Shown: piece by piece, positions 1 through 9,207 of the stretch
Layout: the number at the start of each line of letters is the position of its first letter
How positions within the stretch are numbered: position 1 is the stretch's first letter
DNA from: Candidatus Saccharimonadota bacterium
Lineage (GTDB): Bacteria > Patescibacteriota > Gracilibacteria > BD1-5 > UBA6164
Length of the DNA stretch: 32,000 bases
Direction of reading: 5' to 3'
NCBI GenBank assembly: GCA_965227835.1
Contig: OZ245768.1
Coordinates: 630,001-662,000, forward strand
Position numbers and translations under genes: made by a program
Notes under the pieces: generated by a model
Seen by the model: the letters and a program-made list of their open reading frames with translations, nothing else
What the model was told of the DNA's origin: nothing
Databases searched by the model: none

Positions 1-1185
1 TATTTTATTATCTTTTTGATTATTAAGCTGAAAAGAGGAAGTAAAATCTCTGTTTTGAAAATGACTATATATTTTAAATATTAAATAAAAAACTATAATA
101 CTAACAAAGAAAAGTCCTTCATCTACTTTCATATCTTTAGCTTGATGAAAAACAACCATAGGCATAGAAATAAAAATAACCGAAAGCAAAAGTCATATAT
201 TTATTATGTGTTTTTCTCCTTTGGATTTTATATTAGAAAAAAGATCTGAGACAATAAGTATAAGCACTATAACCGTCAAAAATCCTCATACTGAGTTTAA
301 GAAAAATGCTTGTACTGGTTCTGAAATCATATATCAAATTCCAGTAAAAATCTGCCAAGAATACATTCATCCTAGAAAATCAATAACTCAAGATTGAGCC
401 ATTTGCCTAGGGAAATTCATATATACTCATAAATCGTCCCAACCTATAGGCATAGGTCTAACAATATTTATTAAATTTATAGATAAAACTACAACAAGTA
501 TCAAAAATAAAAATTCAGTTGATATTAAATTGAAAGAAAGTTTATCAGATAAACTTTTACTTTTAAAATCATGATTATCAAAATCTATTCTGTAACTAGA
601 AATTCAGCTAACAAGCTCTAAAATCTCTTTTTTGGAATATAAAGCAAACAAAAAGATTATAAAAAAAACTAAATAAAGATTATATAATCAAAAAAGACCT
701 ACTATAAAAAGTAGTGAAATAAAAGAAAAAAATCAAATAGACAAAGAAAGCAAAAAATTGAAAATACTATATTCTAGATTATATCAAAACAGTCCTATCT
801 TTTTTATAATCTTTCTTCAAAATGATATACTTATAAAAATCAAAAATATAGGAAAAATCATATATCAAAGTATTTTAAAAAAAAGTCCTACTCATTTAGA
901 AGCAGAGAAATCTTGTCATCAAGAAAAAACAAAAAATAAAATACTAAGAATAAAAAGATTTAATAAAAAATATAAAAACACCTCAATTAAGGTAAAACTT
1001 ACTATATTTGAAGAGTTTTTAGTCTTTATATATTTATAAACTGCATAAAATATAAATATAGGGATTATATAGTGTAAATATCAATCAAAATTAACCATAT
1101 GAGATGGTGTAATTGTATAATAAAAAAAAGCTATAATAAAAGAAAATATTACAAGAAGAAATAATTTAGATATGTAGTTAATCAC
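1..1185 (-). CDS. Polytopic membrane protein, possibly a GT-C-type glycosyltransferase. Partial: the 3' end runs off the window.
   Basis: With TGA=Gly the minus frame is open from about 1209 to position 1. An ATG lies at 1098 and an upstream in-frame GTG at 1185, before a hydrophobic segment (LFLLVIFSFIIAFFYY). There are many hydrophobic stretches and a loop reading PMPIGWDDLGVYMNFPRQMAQSG. The start codon is uncertain and the function is a guess from topology. Confidence 0.6.
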
Positions 1186-1324
1186 TTTTAGTTTTAAAAT
1201 TAAATGTTAAAATAAGTTTTTAGAAAATAATAGGTAAATTTTATAAATTATTGTTTTTAAATTGGATACCTCTATCTATGCACATTATGTATTATACACT
1301 CTATGTGTGAAAAAGAACAAAAAT

Positions 1325-1353
1325 TTGACAAAAAATACTTGTTTTTATATAAT
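1325..1353 (+). promoter_or_regulatory. Consensus sigma70-type promoter (TTGACA-17-TATAAT) with no downstream plus-strand gene
   Basis: TTGACA at 1325-1330, a 17-nt spacer, and TATAAT at 1348-1353. It points into the 3' end of the convergent NYN gene. Confidence 0.5.
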
Positions 1354-1413
1354 ACTATATGTTCACGACAAGAGAGAGACCAAACGGCTAACTACCTAAG
1401 GACATCTCTTTTT

Positions 1414-1911
1414 TTATTGTTTTAATAGTTCTATTTTTTTTCTTATATCTGGTAAACTAAGATTACTTCTGTATTTAGTTTCTATTTTTTTATATAAAGA
1501 AGAATGATTCTTGTTTGGAAATAGAACTTTTTTAAGTCTATTTTTCTTTATTAAATATTTAACTAATTTTATGTAGTCTCAATCTCAAGAAACCAAAACT
1601 ATTTTATCAAAATCATTTTCTTCTATAAGTCTATACATTATTTCAAAAGTTATATCAACATCTACATTTCATTTTTTCTTTCACTTCATTGCAGTATGAT
1701 GTTCTCTAAAAATCAATATAAATCCAGCTTTCTGTATTTTCCTATACATTTTCTGATTAATATCTACAAATCATAAAAAAATACATGCTTCGAATACATT
1801 ATATTTTTTTTCTAAGTAAACTCTAAATTTCTTAAAATCTACTTTCCATCCGTCTGACAAAGTTAAAAGATGAAGATTTTGTCAATCTATAAATGCTATA
1901 TCATTATTCAT
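1414..1911 (-). CDS. NYN domain (LabA/DUF88-like) protein, 165 aa
   Basis: Table-25 translation: MNNDIAFIDGQNLHL...KGKKKGNVDVDITFEIM...FDKIVLVSGDGDYIKLVKYL. The GNVDVDI and LVSGDGDY motifs are typical of the NYN/LabA family. There are 6 in-frame TGA. The stop is TAA at 1414-1416. Confidence 0.8.
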
Positions 1912-1969
1912 TTTTTAAAATTATAGGTTAGTTTTTACTCTTTTAATATAAAAGTAATATATACTTAAT

Positions 1970-2000
1970 TTATTATATCAAAAATTTTTTGATATAATAA
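1970..2000. promoter_or_regulatory. 31-bp perfect palindrome containing outward-facing extended -10 elements (TGATATAAT)
   Basis: The sequence is ttattatatcaaaaa-t-tttttgatataataa. The minus-strand TGnTATAAT lies about 55 nt upstream of the NYN start at 1911. Confidence 0.4.
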
Positions 2001-2078
2001 TCAATTTTAAGAATTAAAATTTATAACTGTAATGAAGATAAAAATACTAAAAATATGGGAAAGTTAATGCACTATAAA

Positions 2079-3167
2079 TTATGAACCCACACAAAAACAG
2101 AAAAGGTAATGGTCCTTTAGATAGGTACCACCAATTTTAGCAAGATTATCTAGGATAAGGACAGGGAAATTATTAAATTTTGTAGGAAGAATTATATTAC
2201 AACTTCTAAGTTTTTCAATAGGACTTAAACCGTTCATACCTATTCAAAAAGAAGGTCTATAATTATTATAAGTATAAATATATTTACTACTATGGTTTAA
2301 AAAATTAGGAAGAGATTTCATGCGATCAAGATAAGGTCTATATAATTCTTCATCATCAGTTCTATGAGATCTCTCTACAATTCATTGAAGATATTTTTTT
2401 CAAGCAGGAATACTCTTAAAACAGCAATTTATATTATTTAATATAGCATTCCACTGATTTTCCTTTCTCTTACTTCATCCACAAAAATCAGCAGGGCCAT
2501 TATCTCATTGAAATTCCATATGATAATATATTCACATACTCCTAAGATATGTAGCTATAGTAAGTATAAACATAAGACCAAATTCAGAAGAAAGACTATG
2601 AGAATAAGCTATAAATTTATATTTTGTTTTAGCACATATATATGTCCATTGATATAAAGGAAGATTATATTTTCTTAGTATAAAACAAAGTTCTCATAAA
2701 GCTTCAAAATCTTCTATATGCTTTGTATCTACTTGACCATACTCAAAGGGAAGAATATTTTGATAATCGTATAGAGGTTTACTATCTCATTTTCTACGAG
2801 AATAATGATGCTTTTTTACTTTGTTTCTTTTTAGTATATTTCATATAGTAGAGGAAGAGAATGTTATTCCATATCTGAGGAATAAATACTTTGCTAGACG
2901 TACTCTTCAATATTTTGTTTTATTTCGTTCTTGTAATACAAGTCATTCTAAATCAGAAGATGTTTTTTTATTATGAGGAGTCTTAGGAGCTCTTGATATA
3001 TTTTCTATAGGACCATCTCTACTTCTTCTTACTGTTTTACGAGAACATCATAATATATAAGCTGTTTTACTTACGTTTCCTTTGTTTTCTTCAAGTATCG
3101 ACCTCGCGAGGATTCTTGCTGATTCTACTCCTTGCTTAGTACACATTTTTTCATATAATCATTTCAT
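2079..3167 (-). CDS. DDE (rve-type) transposase, IS481-like, 362 aa
   Basis: Table-25 translation: MKGLYEKMCTKQGVESARILARSILEENKGNVSKTAYILGCSRKTVRR (HTH)...YGQVDTKHI...MEFQGDNGPADF...VERSHRTDDEE. This is the D..D..E integrase-fold pattern. There are many in-frame TGA. The ORF reads out through the left inverted repeat and the direct repeat to TAA at 2079-2081. Confidence 0.8.
2090..2104. repeat. Left copy of the 15-bp direct repeat cacaaaaacagaaaa flanking the IS481-like element
   Basis: An identical 15-mer occurs at 3283-3297, immediately outside both inverted-repeat ends. Confidence 0.7.
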
Positions 3168-3282
3168 AAGAGGTTTGGGATTATAAAATAAAATTTTTTA
3201 CAAAATCTATTATATCCTCATCCTCTTTTTTACACAATTCCATATCAATAAATAGTGGTACCTATCTACTGGTACAGATAAT
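2105..3282 (-). mobile_element. IS481-like insertion sequence (about 1.18 kb)
   Basis: The terminal inverted repeats share a 14-bp perfect core: tagataggtaccac at 2118-2131 and its complement at 3256-3269. The outer parts are imperfect. The element holds a single DDE transposase ORF and is flanked by a 15-bp direct repeat. Confidence 0.75.
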
Positions 3283-3297
3283 CACAAAAACAGAAAA
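3283..3297. repeat. Right copy of the 15-bp direct repeat cacaaaaacagaaaa
   Basis: Identical to 2090-2104. Confidence 0.7.
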
Positions 3298-3301
3298 AAA
3301 T

Positions 3302-3329
3302 TTGATTTTAGAGATTTTAAGATTATAGT
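3302..3329 (+). promoter_or_regulatory. Putative promoter TTGATT-16-TATAGT for the small ORF at 3395
   Basis: TTGATT at 3302-3307 and TATAGT at 3324-3329. Confidence 0.45.
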
Positions 3330-3394
3330 AAATAGGCTCAAACATAATTGAGTTAGCCTAAAATGTAAACTATAAACAAAGGAGAAAGTCCAAA

Positions 3395-3691
3395 ATGAAA
3401 CATAAAAGAGAAGCTGGAAACAGAAATAAACGAAGTGAAAGAACAATGCTTAGTATGATAAATTCATACTTTGGGTTATGTAAATCTGAAAAAAGAGCTT
3501 TACACAATTCACTAACAATAAAAACAAAAAAACTCGGTATTAGTATTCGTGCCTACCTAGAAAAAAATTATGAAAATATATGCAGATTACCTAAATCTCA
3601 TAAAAAATCGATTATAAGGGGAGATATGTTACCCGGCTGAAAAGGCTATAAAATTAACCGGTATCTTAAAAAGATACCGGTTTTTGTTTAG
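3395..3691 (+). CDS. Small basic hypothetical protein. It is 81 aa if TGA at 3638-3640 is a stop, and 98 aa if TGA is read as Gly.
   Basis: An AAGGAG Shine-Dalgarno site lies 9 nt upstream of the ATG. The 81 codons contain no internal TGA (5 Gly, none TGA). The first TGA sits 15 nt before a perfect intrinsic terminator. Under table 25 the frame continues through the hairpin to TAG at 3689-3691. Confidence 0.55.
3656..3686 (+). terminator. Rho-independent terminator
   Basis: aaccggtatc-ttaaaaa-gataccggtt, followed by ttttt. Confidence 0.8.
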
Positions 3692-4072
3692 AAAGATTTT
3701 AGGGAAATTTGCAAAAAAAATTAGCATATATTAGAAAGTAATCTTTTCATTTTTTGAAAACAAATGGCTCTAGCCATTTGACCATAGTTTTTGAGATATT
3801 AATATTCTCAAAAGAAAATATCTGAATTATTATAAAAATAATTAGCTTTTTTGAGACAATACTAGTCTTTTGCAGTTCGTTCTTGTAAGAAATCTCTCTT
3901 TTTAAAAAAAGCTCCAAGGTTTACACGAAGGATTCTTATAATTTTGCCTTTTATTTATCAATGTATATAGCAAAGTAACTTGTAAATTAGTTTGATATAA
4001 TTTAAAAAGCTTATAATTTCATAAGAATTAAATATTTTTTAATCCCTATAAATACAGAAATTTAAAATAAAT

Positions 4073-4099
4073 TTAGCACCTAATTAAAAAAAGTGCTAA
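4073..4099 (+). promoter_or_regulatory. CIRCE operator (HrcA-binding inverted repeat)
   Basis: TTAGCACCT-N9-AAGTGCTAA against the consensus TTAGCACTC-N9-GAGTGCTAA. It lies directly upstream of the dnaK promoter. Confidence 0.8.
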
Positions 4100-4106
4100 A
4101 AATCTT

Positions 4107-4134
4107 TTGACATATTAAAAAAAATTAATAATAT
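4107..4134 (+). promoter_or_regulatory. dnaK promoter (TTGACA-16-TAATAT)
   Basis: TTGACA at 4107-4112 and TAATAT at 4129-4134, about 55 nt upstream of the dnaK ATG. Confidence 0.55.
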
Positions 4135-4188
4135 ACCCCCTAGAGTTTAAATCTAAGCTCAAAAATTTATATTTAAAATTTAGTAATT

Positions 4189-6102
4189 ATGGCAAAAATA
4201 ATTTGAATAGATTTAGGTACAACTAACTCATGTTTAGCTTTTATGGAAGCTTGAGAAGCAAAAGTTATACCAAATGCTGAAGGAAATAGGACAACTCCTT
4301 CTGTGGTAGCTAAAACCAAAGATTGAAGCATAATAGTAGGTACACCTGCTAAAAGACAACAAATAACTAATCCAGCTGAAACCATATATTCTGCAAAAAG
4401 ATTTATTGGTAGAAAATATGATGAAGTAGCAGATGAAATTAAAAATGTACCTTTTGAGTTGGTTAAAGGTAAAGCTTGAGAGGCTTTGATAAAATTTGAT
4501 GGTAAGGAAGTAAGACCTGAGGAAATATCTAGTCATGTATTGATGAAACTAAAAGAGGATGCAGAAAAATTTTTGTGAGATAAAGTAACAGAAGCTGTAA
4601 TAACTGTCCCTGCTTATTTCAATGATGATCAAAGACAAGCTACAATAAATGCTTGAAAAATTGCTTGATTAGAAGTAAAAAGAATAGTAAACGAACCTAC
4701 TGCGGCAGCTTTATCTTATTGAGCTTGAAAAGGTAAAAATGAAAAAATAGCAGTATTTGATTTAGGTTGAGGTACTTTTGACATATCAATTTTAGAATTA
4801 TCTGATGAAGGTACTTTTGAAGTATTATCTACAAATTGAGATACTCACTTAGGTTGAGATGATTTTGATAAAAGATTGGTAGATTATATAGTAACTGAAT
4901 TTAAAAAAGATGAGGCTATAGACTTATTACAAGATCCTATGGCATTACAAAGAGTTAGAGATGAGGCTGAAAAAGCTAAAAAAGAATTATCAAGTACTAC
5001 AAGCTATGATGTTAATCTTCCCTACATAACAGTAGCAAATTGAGTTCCAAAAAATTTGATGATGACAATCACTAGAGCAAAATTTGAAGAGTTAACTTCT
5101 GATTTAGCAGAAAAAGCAATAGAGCCTTGCAAAAAAGCTTTAGAAGATGCAGGCATTTCTAGTTCTGATTTAAACCAAGTTTTACTTGTATGAGGTTCAA
5201 CAAGAATACCTCTGGTAAAACAAAAAGTTGAAACTTTTTTCGGTAAAAAACCAAATGAATGAATTAATCCAGATGAAGCTGTTGCTCTAGGTGCTGCAGT
5301 ACAAGCTTGAATTATAGGTTGAGATGTAACAGATGTATTACTTTTGGATGTTACTCCACTTTCTTTAGGTATAGAAACAATGTGAAGTGTATGCACAAAA
5401 ATGATAAATAGAAATACAACTATCCCTGCAAGTAAAACAGAGGTTTTCTCTACTGCAGTTGATAATCAACCATCTGTTGAAATACATGTATTGCAATGAG
5501 AAAGAGAAATGGCCGCAGATAATAAATCTTTGGGAAAATTTATGCTTGATCAAATAAGTCCTGCTCCTAGATGAGTGCCTCAAATAGAAGTTAGTTTTGA
5601 TATAGATGCAAACGGTGTACTTACAGTAAAAGCAAAAGATAAATCAACAGGAAAAGAACAACATATTACAATACAAGGTTCTACATGAATGGATGAAGCA
5701 GAGGTAGATAAATTGGTTAAAGAGGCAGAAGCAAAAAGAGATGAAGATAAAAAGAAAAAAGAATCTGTAGAAGCAAGAAATATGGGAGATTCATCTGTGT
5801 ATCAAGCTCAAAAAATGATTGATGATAATAAAGACAAAATAGAAGAGGCTGATAAAAAAGAATTAGAGGAAAAGATAGAAAATTTAAAAAAGGTTTTGGA
5901 TAATGAAGAGAGCCAAAAAGCTGATTTTGAAAATCCTACAAAAGAGCTTAATGATTCTATGATGAAAATAGGTCAAAAATTACATCAACAATGAACTTCT
6001 CAAACTTGATGAGAAGAAACATCCCCAGATAGTAAAAACGAAGATTGAGTGGTAGATGCAGAAGAAGTAAAAGAAGATGATAAGTGAGAAGAGAAAAAAT
6101 AG
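4189..6102 (+). CDS. dnaK: Molecular chaperone DnaK (Hsp70), 637 aa
   Basis: [17 protein letters not shown]..., DLGGGTFD, and the rest of the protein read as Hsp70 throughout. I counted about 26 in-frame TGA by hand, several at invariant Gly positions (for example 4204-4206 and 4768-4770). The stop is TAG at 6100-6102. The track ORF 5689..5994 is an internal fragment of this gene. Confidence 0.97.
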
Positions 6103-6134
6103 AAAATTATTTTTAGGGACAAATTTTATAAAAT

Positions 6135-6178
6135 AAAAGAGTTTCTTTTCATAAATATGAAAAGAAACTCTTTTATTT
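6135..6178 (+). terminator. Rho-independent terminator of dnaK
   Basis: An 18-bp stem, aaaagagtttcttttcat / atgaaaagaaactctttt, followed by a T-rich tail. Confidence 0.8.
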
Positions 6179-6234
6179 GTGCATCCATTAGGAATATGCT
6201 ATAAAACATATATTGTTTTTAAGATATAATAAAT

Positions 6235-7321
6235 GGGCTAATACCAAAAATGTGTGCTAAAAAGGTATAGATTTTTTGCATTAAATAAGGAAGAAATAAG
6301 ATATATTTATGTAGTTTAAAAAATAAAATTTTATTATGCAAAAAAAACTGTCCCAAATGTCGTTGTATTTATATAAAAAAGAACTGAAAGAATAGTCAGT
6401 GAAAACAAAAATATAAATGTAAAAAATGTAATTTTTGTTTCGTTATCTCAACAAGAAAAACCCCAAGAATATATTGAGAAAAAATATTTCAAGATTGGAT
6501 TGAAGAATGATATTCATGTAGACAATTTTGAAAACAGAAATTAAAAAACAAAAAAGATATACTTAAAAATATTCAAAGTCATCTTGATTCAAACAAAATA
6601 TTTCAAATAGATCTTGTTTTTAAAAATATAAGTTATGTAATGATAGATGGAATATGGATTTCAAAAAATATATGTCTTATAATTTACTATGAATATATAC
6701 AAAAAAAAGTTATTCGTTTTGGTTTTTATAATTGAGAAAGATATGAGGATATACTAGAAGACTTAAGAATTCTTAAATATGAATTTAAATATAATATTTT
6801 GAGTTTTACTGTAGATTGAAGCAAACAAATAAAAAAAGCAATAGGAGAAATATATCCTAATGCAAAATTTCAGAGATGTTTAACACATATTCACAGACAA
6901 ATAACAAATTATATATCTAAAAAACCTCAAAGTGATTGTTGAAAAGATTTACAGAAAATAATGAATTTTAAAAACTTTGAAAATGAGAAAATTTTTACTG
7001 AATATTTCCAGAGTTGGGAGAGAAAATACTTTGATTTTTTAAAAGAGAAAAGTTCAAATTGAATAAGAACTTGGTATACTCATCGAAGACTCAGACAGGC
7101 GAAAAAACACATAAAAAATGCTCTTCCATATATGTTTCATTATATTAAAGATAAAAATATCAAAAGAAGTTCTAATGATTTAGAATGATATAATGGAGTT
7201 TTATCTAATCATATTTATTCTCACAGATGATTAAAAAAACATAGGATTATTTCTTTCATATCTCTTTGGATTTATAATAGAAATCTTAAGCAAAAATAGC
7301 ACACATTTTTGGTATTAGCCC
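6235..7321 (+). mobile_element. Insertion sequence (1087 bp) with perfect 25-bp terminal inverted repeats, IS1/IS1595-like
   Basis: gggctaataccaaaaatgtgtgcta at 6235-6259 matches the reverse complement of 7297-7321 exactly. One zinc-finger DDE transposase ORF lies inside. I could not see a target-site duplication. Confidence 0.85.
6319..7299 (+). CDS. Zinc-finger DDE transposase (IS1/IS1595-like). The open frame has no in-frame canonical start near its 5' end.
   Basis: Table-25 translation: ...CPKCRCIYIKKNGKNSQGKQKYKCKKCNFCF...VMIDGIW...FTVDGSKQ...SSNDLEGYNGVLSNHIYSHRGL. The only nearby ATG (6336-6338) is one frame off, across an A8 run at 6340-6347. The TAG stop at 7297-7299 is the first triplet of the right inverted repeat. 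Confidence 0.75.
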
Positions 7322-8800
7322 CAAAAAATTATAAAATGGTTCTAAATTTATTCATGTTCATTGAAATTCTATTTCATATTTACCTGAATTATTTTCAACG
7401 ATTTTCATATCAGGATATAGACATTTTAACCTTTCAATAGATACTCATACTTGATTATCTCTAACTAGAAAAGATTCTCCTCAATCATTTTCACGAATAG
7501 ATAATCTATCTCAAGTCTTAATTTCATCTATATCAATTACATTTTTATTTCTTGATAAATCTCTACTATTATTTTTATTTCTTTCATAGTTAATAGCAGG
7601 AATATCTTCTTCTCTTGCCAAAACTCACTTATGTAAAATCGAATTGCTATAAAAAGATTCATACTTTTTAGTAATTATTGCTTTAGTATTTGAAAATAAA
7701 TCGTTTTCTAATTCTGCTGACATATCAAACCATGATTTGGGTAATCAATTAGGAATCAGAAGTACATATCAATTAGGGTTATCTTTATTAAACTTAGAAA
7801 TTATATCAAACCAATTATTCATCAATTTATATTTAAATTGTGGAAATACTTTACTGAAAGAATTAGCCATTTTTATACGATTAGGAATATCATATATCTT
7901 ATTTCAACAAGGATCATGATGTGCTTTTAAAAATTCTTCTTCAATACTGTTTACTACCAAAACAGGTAAGTCCGTAAAAAATGCTGGACACCATTTATCT
8001 AATAAGCAAAGAATATCAGAATTCTCTTGAAGTTTTTCATTATCAGGATAATTTAAACTTCTCATTTGTACTACATGTATACTACCATCTTTTCAAATAA
8101 CATATTCAATAGCAATCCTACCATATTTTTTTTCTAATTTTTGAACAATTGAGAGTAACTTCTCTATATATTTTTCTTGATTATATGGCAATCCAGAATC
8201 ATATTGAATAACAGGGGTAATTTCATCATCTGATTTAAAACCAAGAGCATTACCACAATGTTCTTCTTGCATATGATTTCACCAAGCTATTGGCATATAT
8301 TTTTTTCCTTGAGGGCAACAGGAATGAATTGTTCAATATCAATTTTCTATTCATTCTACATATTCTTGTATAAGAATTCACATAGTATCTTGTATAGAGT
8401 ACTTTTTTCTATATTTTATAGCTTTTTCAGTATTATAAGAGTAATAAACATTCTTTATTCATGATAAAAAATTTTCAATAGTATCACATTTTATTTTTAT
8501 ACTTTGATAAACTCAGGTAAAAGAATGTCTTCAATCTTCTGCCATAGAATTTGAACGAATCATGATAGTCTTTCATTTGTATTTCTCAAAAAGTAAATCG
8601 TAATATGTTAATAATTTTTTTGATTCGCTTTTAACTATTCAATCAATTCTAAAAGAAAAAAAATCACTAGCTTCTTTTAGAAAGTCAGGATTTATTTCTT
8701 CGTATTTAGGTACTAGGAAGCCAAGATCTCTGGATTCTTGTAAGCAATTATATAGTCACCTAGCTTTACCCATAGTTGATTTTAATTCATGAATTTCCAT
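7286..8800 (-). CDS. PEP/pyruvate-binding (PPDK_N, ATP-grasp) domain protein, 504 aa. The 3' end is supplied by the IS.
   Basis: The N-terminal half, MGKARGLYNCLQESRDLGFLVPKYEEI...MIRSNSMAEDGRHSFTGVYQS...MGILIQEYVEG, matches the PEP synthase / PPDK N-terminal nucleotide-binding domain pattern (GGKA..L, RSSA.EED..SFAGQ). I did not recognise the C-terminal half. The last 12 codons plus the stop (7286-7321) lie inside the IS right end. Confidence 0.75.
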
Positions 8801-8840
8801 ATTTACTAAAATTAAATAATAATCCTCCTCCTAAAATCCT

Positions 8841-8923
8841 AAATTTTCACAAACGATTATAAATATAATTATATATTTGTCAAATTAACTTTATATATTC
8901 CCTTTTTATAGGTAATCAAGTAC
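8841..8923. repeat. Copy A of a duplicated promoter/upstream module of about 85 bp
   Basis: About 88% identical by eye to 10073-10154. It includes the -10, the -35 and about 40 bp upstream (ttatatattccctttttatag[g/c]taatcaagtac). Confidence 0.7.
8856..8883 (-). promoter_or_regulatory. Promoter TTGACA-16-TATAAT (minus strand) for the PPDK_N gene
   Basis: The -35 is the reverse complement of 8878-8883 and the -10 is the reverse complement of 8856-8861. Confidence 0.6.
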
Positions 8924-9011
8924 CCAAAGTAAGAAATGAAGTGCAATTAAAAGAGAAGAAAATATAGTATTCCCCGTAGGGTAATAACATTATTTTCTAA
9001 TATAATAAGAT

Positions 9012-9161
9012 ATGTACTGACAATTAATATTCCAAGAGAGAGAAAGTATTGAATTTCATTTAAATAAATGATTAAAGAAAAAAGATATAGCATCAATACT
9101 AAAAAGATCAGAATCAACAATAAGCAGAGAGATATACAGTTTTTATAAAAAACATACTTAG
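9012..9161 (+). pseudogene. IS30-family transposase N-terminal HTH remnant (49 codons)
   Basis: MYGQLIFQERESIEFHLNKGLKKKDIASILKRSESTISREIYSFYKKHT*. This matches the IS30 HTH signature (ER..I......G.s...IA..L.RS.STISREI), but no catalytic domain follows. Confidence 0.5.
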
Positions 9162-9207
9162 TTTTTGTCTTAGCAGAATCTAATTTTCTTATTTCTTTAT
9201 TAAGTTT

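Noticed and set aside
3763-3780. Palindrome aaatggct-ct-agccattt, and the nearby imperfect palindrome ttttgagatattaatattctcaaaa at 3791-3815
   Set aside because: These are short hairpins without a U-tract or an adjacent gene end. There is insufficient evidence for a terminator or operator.
3699-3917. A 72-codon minus-strand ORF that is open under table 25 (TTG start at 3917) in the dnaK upstream region
   Set aside because: It has no recognisable homology, no Shine-Dalgarno site or promoter, and low-complexity composition. ORFs of this length are expected by chance in 32 kb of sequence when only TAA and TAG terminate.
4173-5583. Track ORFs on the minus strand inside dnaK (4173..4385, 4234..4536, 5022..5396, 5365..5583). 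Similar antisense or off-frame track ORFs occur elsewhere, for example 758..1039, 7737..7919, 8258..8464, 13879..14217, 15839..16221, 16496..16696, 22594..22833, 23337..23570, 24404..24727, 25598..25873, 26346..26655, 27071..27451 and 30180..30425.
   Set aside because: They overlap well-supported table-25 genes on the opposite strand or in another frame. They have low-complexity, implausible sequences and exist only because AT-rich antisense frames happen to lack standard stops.
6225-7331. Target-site duplication flanking the IS1/IS1595-like element
   Set aside because: The flanks (…gatataataaat | … | caaaaaattat…) share no direct repeat at any plausible inverted-repeat boundary, so none is claimed.
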